From contig NIVC01000725.1 in NCBI GenBank assembly GCA_002269645.1, positions 496,296 through 560,295 on the forward strand: a stretch of 64,000 nt of DNA, read 5' to 3'. The notes under the pieces were generated by a model. The model had not been told where the DNA came from, did not search any database, and worked only from the letters and a program-made list of their open reading frames with translations. This document shows, in pieces, positions 47,359-58,854 of the stretch (the first letter of the stretch is position 1; the number at the start of each line of letters is the position of its first letter). Source of the stretch: Macrostomum lignano. Its lineage: Eukaryota. A program made the translations under genes and the position numbers.

Positions 47359-50300
47359 TTTTCAACGTAGCTCCCATGCAGTTGAATTAAAAGAATTAAA
47401 GTACTTTAAAGAGAAACAAAGGCCGCCGTCTTAGGGACTAAATAATTACTACACTTGAACTTAATCCAAACACCGAAGTTTAAACTGGACTGTTTAGCCT
47501 TGCCCCTGTGTTACTAGCTATAGTGTTATATTTTGTTTATTTATCAGTTCTGGGTGAGTAGGAATTAAGTTTAGAACCTCCGCAACAGTGGCTTACTATC
47601 AGAAGCTTTAAAAGGCTTATAATTTAACCCTCCATTTAGTTGTGTACCGCACGAACAATTTGCTAGCAGGCCTGCGCTAGCGAGACCCGAACTCAAAACA
47701 TTGCAATCGTTACTCGATGAAAACGTTTGAGTGTCTGATATCCATGCAGCTGAGCTCTAAACTGAGGATCAAATTTTTTGCAGGCCAGCTGCTGCATTCA
47801 TTGATTTATCGCGTCACAATCCCCATAATTCTCAAGCCTAATTTCGTCCAGCCACAGATTTTCACTGCAAGCCCCACCAGCTTAGGTTGGTGGCGCGGCA
47901 TGCCTGCATGAAGTGGCTGTTTCCTCTGTGTTTTTATCGTATCCCTGGTAATTTTGAATGCTTTTTTAACAACCGAAGGTTTTTCTTTACCCTATGGTAG
48001 AGTTTCTTTTCATACTTAATACAACAGGTCTATGTTTTGAAATTCTTTCTTATATTCTAAAACTCATCACTGTACTTAACTTTGACAGCATACCTGACAC
48101 CCAATGATGAAGAAAGCTTTGTTTTTTCAGTGACAGCTATTTGGCTGTTTGATATTCCTACAGTAGCTGTAAATTTCTGTACGAGAGTACTTGTCGCTAG
48201 ACTATATTGATCTTTTTCTCCCGTAATTTTTCTAAGAAGTATACAAGGATTACAGCTATCATCATATTTTATGCATCCTTATGATTGGGTTAGCAACAAT
48301 CGTGAGTATTGCCTGTTGAATTTCTAACTTACTGTTGAAATCAAACTCATCTGAGATGCTGCTTGTCGATTATGCAAACCTGCAAAGCACTGTTGAATGC
48401 TTTGGCTTGAGGATCCTGTTAGATTAGCATATTCAGAAATGACTGGTCTGCATGCATTTCCGTATGCCGAATCCTCCATTGCATCTTTCCGTTGCCTCCA
48501 AAGCGCAAAATTTCAACACAACTCAGCAAGCATGCAGATTCTTTCTCTCTCTATAGGTGCCATATCGACGGAGGAACGTTGGCGATCACAAACTGCTAAA
48601 ATTAATGCGCGACTTTATTGAAGGCAGCGAGACATTGCAGCAGGGGGCCAAGTAGAGCCACTGCAGCTTAGGGAAATGAAATATTTATGAGTTATAAAGA
48701 CAGGCAGAAGCAGGCTCAATATATCAAATCAGCCTCTCCCTCTCACTCCTGACTCCTGAGCGTCAGACGCAATGGAGGCCGCAGATCGGTTTAGATGGAA
48801 ACGCGGCTGCATCAGATGGGGATGGGGGAAACTGAGGCATGACGGGCCCGTATAGCGAGGCTTTTTATGAGGTGATCGTTTTAATGAGAATTTTGATGGG
48901 TTAGTCCAAGGATAGCTCAATAACTAGAGCCTGGAACTAGAACCTCTACAACAGGTTTTTTACTTATGTTTCTTATACAGGTTCTAGTTACCAGCTATAG
49001 AAAAGTCCTTGGCCCAGTCATAGAGACCCATGTAGCCATGTGGTTATTCAAAACGTGGGGTTGGCTTGAATTCTAAATCTAGCCCCCCCCCCAAGACCAA
49101 CAGTTATAACTGCATGAACTTGCGCATCCGGCAGCATTGCCTCCTTGTTTCGCTTTTTTGACGAAATGACAAAGCAAAAACTGGCCCTCTACCCCATCTC
49201 AAAACGATGAATATCAGGGCTTGGGTCTCTTCTTAAGCTGCAGTCTGCCCTTTTTAAAGTAACATGTAATATTGAAATGTTGCCAATAAGGTACTAGAAT
49301 AACAATTTTTAACAACTAAGCAAAGTTATTCAAAAACTAATCGTTCAAAATGAAATGCAAGAACAGTTTTTTAATCTTCAAAATTGTGGAGAAAAAGAAT
49401 CAGAAAACATGGCACCTTTTTCTGCGCTGTTGCATGGCTGCTCAAACAACGCTGCGATGTCTCTGGCCGGAGTGTCCTTCTCTACTTTTCCAAAGGACAG
49501 GGAAATTTCATTTTGAGTGGGAGAGGATCGATGCAGCTGCAAATGGGACTACGGAAAACCCTTGCAGCTGTATGTCTGCACGGAAGTAGCCGCGCGGCGC
49601 CGGCGATTTATCAAGACGTCAATATTCTATGACGTGATTTCAACAAAATTTGAGGCTCTCCCATGACTATACAATATTCAAGTACCTTTGCAGGCAGAAA
49701 GCATGTTGTTTTAACATGTATGTACACGCGTGTACAAATAAATGAAATTAAACACTTTAATGTATAATCAAAGTACATGTACATGCATGGTGCATGTGCA
49801 GTGATTTCGTCTGCCGCCTTTTCGTCTGCTGGTGAAATTCTAGCAGACGAATAATAGCTATAGTAGGACGCGACGCGGGGTCCTATATACATGTACATGT
49901 ATGTTTGAATTTGGCATGCTAAATAAATTGCCAATTGGCAGTGACAATCCAAAGTTTTCTAATTAAACTCTACTAAGCGGAACTAAATAGCTGCGTTTTT
50001 CATTACAGCCAAGCAGTTTATCATAGAGTTGGCCTGTTTAGCCTCATCCTAGCATTACGCAACGCAACGCACAGACCTACATGTACGCGCACTTTGTGCG
50101 GACATCTAATGGCGCTGCCCTACTTGCCAGCTGGTGACATTGAACCTGCAACTGTTAAAAGCAAGTATGTTTGTAAGTCCTTAAGCTTAGGTAGTCAACT
50201 TTGCTTTTAAGTGTATTACGGGCTACATTATTTATTTGTTTTTATGTATGTTTTCTGTGAAATCGACTAGCAAAATTTAAATTCGTAGAAATCAGTAATT

Positions 50301-51168
50301 TTTTATAGCTTATAGAAAGCTAGATAACGGTTAAATTCTATATAGCTATTAATTAATGTCGATCATAAGACAATTGTAAGCAGCTATTTAATAAACATCT
50401 TAAATAAAACTTGACATTTAATAAATTTTATCTGTGTCCAAGAGTACATCATGCTCATTATGAATCATGCAGTTTGCTTAGTTTGTTATGTATATTAGCC
50501 ATGTACATTTTAATGTCGGTTTAATGTCGTCAAAACCGATTGGCCAAAGTTTAAAGTCTTTTAAGTTCTTTTAGAAAGAATTTTTAAGTAAAATTAATAA
50601 CCATATTTTTAGATTTAACCTTTAATTAAGCTTCAAATAGGCCTAAGGCCTATTTAAATAAGAATGTATATGTAATGTAATATAAATTAAACTTTAATGG
50701 ATGACAAAGTAATTGAAAAAAATTCTTAAACATTAAAAAAAATAATTTGGCTATCCTACAATTTTTGTACTTAATAGTAATAATACTATAGCCTTAGCTA
50801 GACCTATTAAATTATATTTTGTATTGTAATTGGGGGCCTATGGTTGAAATCATCATAGGCCTATTCAAAATTGTCCTATGACGATGATAACTTGAGCAAA
50901 TCCATATAAGTTTAACATTTAAATTAGGGGTCAGACATGATCACATTTATGATCATGATTTCATGACTTTAGGCCTATAACCTTTTTTTCATAATCATGA
51001 TTTCCTTGAAAACCATTCATAAAGTTGTGAATTTTGCTTATTTTTTATTTAAATTATAACTTTTCTATTTAGTATTTGATATAAAAAAAGATATAAATAT
51101 GAATATTAATGTGTAAAGCAATAATATATTTCAATTTTGTTTACCTAATAGCATTAATAGGCCTAAAG

Positions 51169-53489
51169 TAGGGACTCCAGTGAGGTTACCGTAAAGCTGA
51201 TAATTATACGAAAAATCGTAAAATAATGTTTTTTTAAAATGAAATTGCCAAGCATAGAAAATGTTTACAGTAAAAACAAAATATACATGTTAAAGAAGAG
51301 TTTCTATTCTTTTTAATGAGATAAAGAAACAAAAAATATATACATTGTATGCCGAGTAATGTCCCACTGAACTTCGTCTTTTTTTTTAATACACTCGTTT
51401 TGTTGCCAAAAAAAGTGACTTTCGAAAGTTCGTTTTTTTGTTGGAAAGCAATTATTTTAACAAAATATAACTATTTATTGATACAAACAACTATATTTAC
51501 AAACATTTTTTGACATTTTGAGAAGAATTTTTTTTTCTTTTCTCCCTATTTAGACAGTATAAAAAAATTAAAGTTGAATAAAAATTGTACCCGTATTTCC
51601 GAAGCTTAGTAAAACCCGGAAATGAATACTACTCCGTAATATGATTACATTAAAAAAAACCGCACATGTCAATCTACATCCGCCAAAAAGTTATTGAAGC
51701 CTGTTTTTTGCCTATCTCTTCAGTGTAAAATAGACGGATAAAACAGAAAATTTAAATTTTTTTCTAGCAGTAATTTCCGAAGACTATTCTTCTACTGCAT
51801 TTAATAGAGGAACTTATAGGAATTCTTCACAGCACTTTTATATCTTTCCACATACATCCGCCGAGGAGCAGCAGCAACATACATGAGCAACCTCCGAAAT
51901 TTGGTCGGCCATGCGACTTAGTTTCAACAAAAATGCGACGTAGTTTTTGGCCAAAAATGTGACTTACATGTAAAAAAACCCTAAAGCAAAATTAACGCAA
52001 CTTTGGGTAAACGGCAGGAGTAACTATGACTGTCTTATTAAGCCAAAATGCCTCGTCAGCTACTTAGTACTACTACTTGGTTATTTTTTCAGGTGGGCAT
52101 TTTTGCGACTTCCTTGGTTGGCCGCCAGATCGGTCGGCCGGATCGGCCAACTCGGCCGACTGTTGCGCATGTATGAGCAGCAATGTTAGCTTTTTAGTAG
52201 CGATACTACTTATATACTACTTATATAAAAAGTGGCTTATTATGGCTTTTCTTAACCAAAAAGAAGATGTTTTACCATTGCAAATTAGTTTTGAAGGCAA
52301 AATAATACAAATAAATGTATGCTTTAGCTTATTGAGCTATAGCAATTGCAATCCCAATAAGTGACCCCTTGAATGCACGTAACCTTGGTCTGCAATTCAA
52401 ACTCCCATAAAAATGAACTGAATTTCATAAGAAATTGTGTTTATTCCATTTGTAAGTTTAATAAGCAACTTCACAATATACAATTTTAAGTACAATATAT
52501 TTTTAAATACTTCTTTACACTTGTTTACAGATATAAATGTTCATCGGTAACTTTATTCACAATATACAAATTTTACAATAAGGATAGGCTCAATCAAAAA
52601 ATATACAAGACAATAGTATCAACAATTATTTACCTATATGTTTTACAGTTAAAAAGCAAAGCAGACAATATACATTATGTGTGTAAAGACAATAAGCATT
52701 AAATATATGCTAACTTCAGTCTTTAATTGCAGCTACTCAACAAGCAATAATATTGAAAAAAAGAACAAGAGCTTTTAAATAAACCAAAGTACACAAAAAA
52801 ACATTTTCATATGTTTTTCATTAAAAAAACAAATCAAACTTTATATATAGGCCTATTCATTAGTCTAAAAAATATAATCATTCAAAGTTGAAAAATGTGC
52901 AATTTTAAGATATGCTATCAAGTTCCAGTAGCAAAAAAGTCACAAAATTGGTGAATTTTTTAACCTTTGTCAATATATAGGAAAAATGGTATAAAAATAT
53001 ATATACTTTTATATGTTGTGGAGTAAACAAATAAAAAAGATTTCAGAAAAAGCAATTAACTTTTAAATAATAGTCATTTGAAATTTTAATTTTGCTCTAT
53101 TTTTGATGTGCATTTTTCACTTTTGAAAAATTCAAATGCAAACCACAAGAAAGATACATTAGAAAGAATAAAAACAATTTGTTAATCTTATGTAGAACTG
53201 CTTGGTCTTTAAAATGATACCAGACTCAATATTGTATGTTGAATAGCAAAAAAGATATGACAATAAAAAGTGAAAAATTTTGTTTTCGTATATCTAATGG
53301 CAACAATATATAATGTATTTTTCCTATCTAAAAAACGTAATTTTTTGGGGACAAAAAATGCTATAACTTTTTATTACTCAACCAAATTTAATAAGTGAAG
53401 CCATTTTGTGATGCTGTTATTGTCCTCTATCAGATACATATCTGAAAATATATAAATTTTAAAGTTTCAAAATCTCACTGGAGTCCCTA
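51169..53489. mobile_element. TAGGGACTCCAGTGAG-TIR transposon, copy 2 (2.32 kb), 7-bp TSD CCTAAAG
   Basis: TSD at 51162-51168 and 53490-53496. Highly similar to 36791-38735, plus a nested MITE and a ~60-bp extra segment. Confidence 0.92.
51878..52175. mobile_element. 298-bp CATACATG-TIR MITE nested in the TAGGG element, TSD AGCAGCAA
   Basis: TSD at 51870-51877 and 52176-52183. The empty site (gagcagcagcaatgtt) is visible in copy 1 at ~37425. Confidence 0.93.
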
Positions 53490-55969
53490 CCTAAAGGCTA
53501 AGTATCTTTACCAATTATTGATTACCAATTATAACAGTGATAGTGTCCATTTTGGCATGTATTAAGCAAGAATATAATTCAGATTTGTATAACTATAAAT
53601 ATAAATATAAATTGAAAATCACAATCACAATCAAATCCAACTTTAAAAATTTCACAGTTTCACTCCTAAGGGGGCCTGCCAAAGTTTTCTGCTTATCTAA
53701 CTTCTAATTTAAATATAGGCCTAACTTTGACCAAAAGCAAGGGCATATGCCACATATTTATGTAATTTAATGAAATTAATTTTTCTATTTGACATTTATA
53801 TATATTTCTATAATATTTGAATTTTTCTGTTAGTATATATATTCCTAATACTTTATGTAAAACCATTTACTTTTTGCTAATTGTATTTCAATTGTAGTTG
53901 TATTTTGTTATAAATAAGGTGTTTCTATTTCAAATATGCACTTTTATATGTATTAATTAACTATTGATATTGTACCCTATAATGAGTCAAATATTAAAGA
54001 TAAAGTCAACTTATATTTCAAATAATTAGGTTGACTTTCTTGGAAATATAATCCAATTAAACAAAATAATCTTAAGGACTTTAGAGCCTTAGAATAAATT
54101 TATACACACTATTATAATAGCTATATTACTAATTAGTCTTTTATATAACTTAACTTCACTATATATCTTTTTATTTATCTAATGTATATTTCACATTTTA
54201 GAGCAATCTCTCTTTTTTGTTCAGACTTGCATTTCTAAATGCCAAATTTTATCAGCATCATGCAGCACATTTTGCTAACAAATTTGACATTTGTAAGCAT
54301 GTTTAATTTGTAAAAAAACTGCTTTCTGCTCATAAAATTTCTGTGCTCAGACAAAGAAAAGTTTCAGTTTGATGTTTGAAAGGTGCTTTGACTGCTAGTG
54401 AATAGGATTGCAGTTTCACAGCTTTCTCTTACAATGAATGCAAAGGTCAGCAATGATTAATGAATAATGTACATATGCTAAGTGCATTTTAATTTCTCTT
54501 TTCTCTCATTGGGCTGACTGATTTTTATTATTATAGATCAAGTAAAATGTACATTGCCAATAGAACAACAAGAATACACATTGAATGAATTGCAGGCTTT
54601 TTTATTTTTTAATTCATTGATCAATTGAATGTTCTAGCAGGTAATCGGTCCATTTTCAAGTTATATGGACATTTTATCACCCTAATAACTAATAGGCAGA
54701 ATGGCCACATTGTTGGCACTAGGGATAAGCAAAGATTATTGGTTTGAGTCTGTATTGCAGCAAAATAAACTTATGTATTTTAAAATTTGCTCAAATGCCT
54801 ATAGAATGTATTATATTATTTTGCATATAATGCATTGCAAATGGGCAAAAATTGAACAATGAGAATAGCAATGTGGTTTGCTGATCATTATTAGCATATT
54901 GCTGGTATTGCATGAATACTTGGCTATTTTGGATAACTTATTTTTAATTTTTTAGGAAAATACTTCTTTCTAATAGGAATAATAACTTGGTGATTAGGAT
55001 AATACTTATAATAATAATCCCAATTTGTATATTTTGGGATTATTAATTATTTGATTTTATTATATATATATAGATATTCAACCTTTTGGTTACAAAGGAA
55101 AGACTTTTTCAGATATTCTTCCTCTTGAATATATGACTTGTAATTCTCTATATATATTTATTTTATCATTCTTAGTTTTACAGAATTTTTCAAAATCTTG
55201 AATTTTTCAGATCCTTTGTAATTTTTTAATGACAAAGTGAAAAAGTTCTGAAAATAAGAGACTGAGAGAAAATAAGAGAAACTGAGGGAGACTATAGAGA
55301 GCTTGGGAGATTAAGAGAGATTGGAAGAGATTTGAAGAGACTTGGAGAAATTAAGGGAGACCTGTGACATAGGAGAGACTAGAAGAGATAGGAGTATTCT
55401 TAAATTGATCAGTAAAAGAGAGACCTGAGACAAAAGAAAGGCTGGCAGAGGTAGGATTATTTTCAAATTAACTAGTATAAAAATATTTAAAAAGACCTTT
55501 TTTAAGAACATGGCAAATGCTTTTGAGCACTAAAGAAAGGTTATCTAATATGAAGATCCAATGAGTTAGCAAGAAAGGTCTGGTTTCAATTGAGAAGTTT
55601 GTAGGCCTAACCTTGAGCCAGGGGTGTCAAGGAGAAAATTCAAGGAGAAAATTGTCAATAGCTAGTTTGGCTGTAAACTTTCTAATTGGTATGGTTGTAA
55701 ACTGCCTAATGGAAGTGGCTATAAATCTTCTAATGGACGCAGAGAGAAGCACAGACAAAAGGACATCTAGCTAGTCTTTGCGCAGATACGTTTGCAGAAC
55801 AACCAAGAAGGGCAAGTCATGGCGGACTAGGGGCTGAGTCCGATGGCCTGCAAGTCAGTCAGAAACGTATCATTTAGTGTCACAGTTCAGCCTTGGCCAC
55901 AGCGCAGGCGCTCAGTGGGCTGATGCAGGAGAGCTATATTAGACAATTTATAGCCAGTTTATAGTAATG

Positions 55970-56190
55970 GATGTGGCTATAATAAATTGTCTAATGGTGT
56001 GGCTGTAAACTGCCTAATAGGAATGGCTATAAATTGTCTAATGGGGTGTGGCTGTAAACTGCCTAATAGAAATGGCTATAAATTGTCTAATGGGGTGTGG
56101 CTGTAAACTGCCTAATAGGAATGGCTATAAATTGTCTAATGGGGCATGGCTATAAACTGCCTAATAGGAGTGGCTAAAAATTGTCTAATA
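55970..56190. repeat. Tandem repeat with alternating subunits (tggctataaattgtctaat / tggctgtaaactgcctaat)
   Basis: Related units also occur at 55660-55735. Confidence 0.85.
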
Positions 56191-57573
56191 TTTCTCTCAT
56201 TACTTGACCTTAAATATTTAGTTAGACTATTAATCTAACAAGGAATAACCCTAAAAATCTAGATTCTAAGCAGATTGTTGCCACTATGATTTAAGATCCT
56301 TATATAGCCAATGCAAAACAATATGACAATTTAGTGAATATAGCATTGTCTAATACAGAGTCATTAAGATAATTATGATTTAGATAATTTAGTTGTTTTT
56401 CTCATAACCCATATAATGATATGAAATATGATGACTAGCTACAGCCATAATTGTGTACCAAGTGCATTGTGGATGCCTTGTAATGAAAGTTGATAGAAAA
56501 ATACAATATTTTGTTAGAATAAAAGTATACAATTAAAAAATCTTTATTCCTAGACTAGAATACTAATAGGCCTAGGCCTACTCAATAGCGCATATATTAT
56601 AAGGCATAGGCCTATCATAAGTAATGGCTATTAAATGGGCTACTCCCTATTTAATCTTATTAACTAATTAGGATTGACTCAATATTTGAATATCAAAAAT
56701 AGGGCCTATGAGTATGATAATTTTTTTTCAGTTTGAGTATTAAATAAATAGTGTTATATAGGCCCTATTTGAGTTTTGAGCATTAAATTAAGTACTTGTA
56801 GCAACTAAATTCTAATTTGATAGGCTTAGGATATATGAGGGCTATTTAATAAGTTTGCAGAAAAAGTCACTTGTGAATATGTTATCACTAACTGTATATT
56901 AGATGTATATTAGATTAATTCAAAATTTTAGATATTCAACTATAATGGCATAAATGAGTAAAATTAATCTAATATACATTCTTACCTTGTAAAACAACTT
57001 CTTTACAAGAGTCCATAGTCTAGATTATGGTAGGTATATACTAGAACAAAAGTTACTGGTTTTTTTCAATTCTATGCTTATGTAAACTAAAAAAGTTTAT
57101 GCTAAGTATAAAGTTCCTTATGTGTCAACTTTTTTAAAGAATATATTATATGGTCAAACTCTAGTCAAGAGTCACAAGAGTCTCTTGAGTATCAAAAGTC
57201 TATGGTTGAACTCCTGCTATATTTATCCCTTAGGCTTAGAGGTCTAAAACATATATTTATATGGGTTAGGGAAAACAGGCAAAGGGGATTTGAATACTTG
57301 CAATACACTTCATAGTATGAGTCTAAACTAAGATAGTCACAACTGCCTATTACAGTTTTTTGATAATTGTATACTTTTGTTGATATTGTTTCTTGTTATT
57401 GACAATAGAATTGGCATAAATCGTATATGCAGAAAACCCAGCTAACCCAACCAATATGGTCTGACAACTGACAATGCATCTAAGGCAAGAAGTACATTGC
57501 AAAACCAATCAACTTACTATGCTATTTATGGTAGACAATCAAATAATATTCAGTTAATGCAAATACACTAGCA

Positions 57574-57929
57574 GGGGGGCTGTAGCCCAGCAGTAGCACA
57601 GCTGCTCTGGTGTGCCAGCAACCCAGGCTCAATTCCAAGTGCAGTCACATTAATTTGGGGCTGAATTGGAATCTCGGCTTGGCTCTGCTCGTGCAATTTA
57701 TGGCCTTGAGAGCCAACCCCCCAAGGCGCAGTGAAGTGTACATGCCTAACGATAAAATAAAGTTAGGGCTGTTGTATACTCCTGTGTGTGTGTGCCTGCG
57801 TACGTATCTGCGTGCTTGTATGCCTGCTCAGGGGAGTCGGCGGAATGGGCAGTAATGCCTCTCGCCAGTTGTGTGCCTATGTCGCTTAAAGTGCACCAAG
57901 GTGCATACAACCCCCTGCCTCTAATAAAA
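57574..57929 (+). mobile_element. tRNA-derived SINE, copy 2, with 13-bp TSD AAATACACTAGCA
   Basis: Head ggggctgtagcccagcagtag...ccaggctcaattcc is tRNA-like with A/B boxes. A-rich tail. TSD at 57561-57573 and 57930-57942. Confidence 0.85.
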
Positions 57930-58854
57930 AAATACACTAGCAGATTCGGAGGTCAAGGGGGTTGGCTGACCCCCTTTTGAAAATTTTGGGCTGGGGGTCA
58001 TGACACCTGTCAGTGATGCACTTGTAACTATAATTTATTGTACGCTCATCTGCACCCCAGCCGCCCCATCCCCCAATCATGTATGCTGCTATCGATTGCT
58101 CAGTCCACCTCGCCCCTCTATATAATATGCTTTTTGACACTCTTGAATAATACACAAGTTCTCTTGGTTGCACGTTCATTACAACACCTAGGCATCTCTT
58201 GCTAGATCTGCCATTGTAAGTATTATAGTTGAATATCTAAGATGTAATATTTATGAAAAAAAGGTTGAAAGTCTATAGAAATGGGAGTTTTAAGAATATG
58301 GGAGTAATGGGAGAAATGGGAGTAAATAAGCTGACAAATAAAACTTTAAGTCAATCTGCAAGAGATGAGATAAAAGAGGTCAGATGGGATACTATAAATT
58401 TTGGGATTCTGACCTTACATTGAGAATAGACATACTCATATTATATAGAAAGTGTTTCTATTTTCACTACTAATTAAGTAGCAAAGTTTGTTCACTTCAA
58501 TTCACATATACTAAATGTCTTGCATGAAAATATTTGCTTTCATTATGTGTTTTAGCTGTAATAATTTGCACTAACTGATTATGTATGACCAATAGGATGT
58601 ACTGTATGCATTGAGTAATTGTAGGTATCTAATTGCATATTATTAAATGAATATAGCCATCTATATTCTATTAAGGGCGTGGCCTATATACAAAATATAG
58701 AATTTTATTATCCATGCATGCAATTTGCTTTGATTACAACAATGATGCTAATTGCCATTAATCCCATGTGCAATATAGAGAGAGAGTCTCAGGTCAACTG
58801 GAAACTGGACCAAATAGAGACTCATAAATATCGATACTAATAAACGTTAAAATC

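Noticed and set aside
47960-48330. Stop-interrupted minus-strand frame faintly like a transposase zinc-finger region
   Set aside because: Similarity is too weak to support by eye.
58829-58836. DRE-like TATCGATA just upstream of the ANO ATG
   Set aside because: A single 8-mer in AT-rich DNA, probably within the 5' UTR; DRE function is established in insects, not here.
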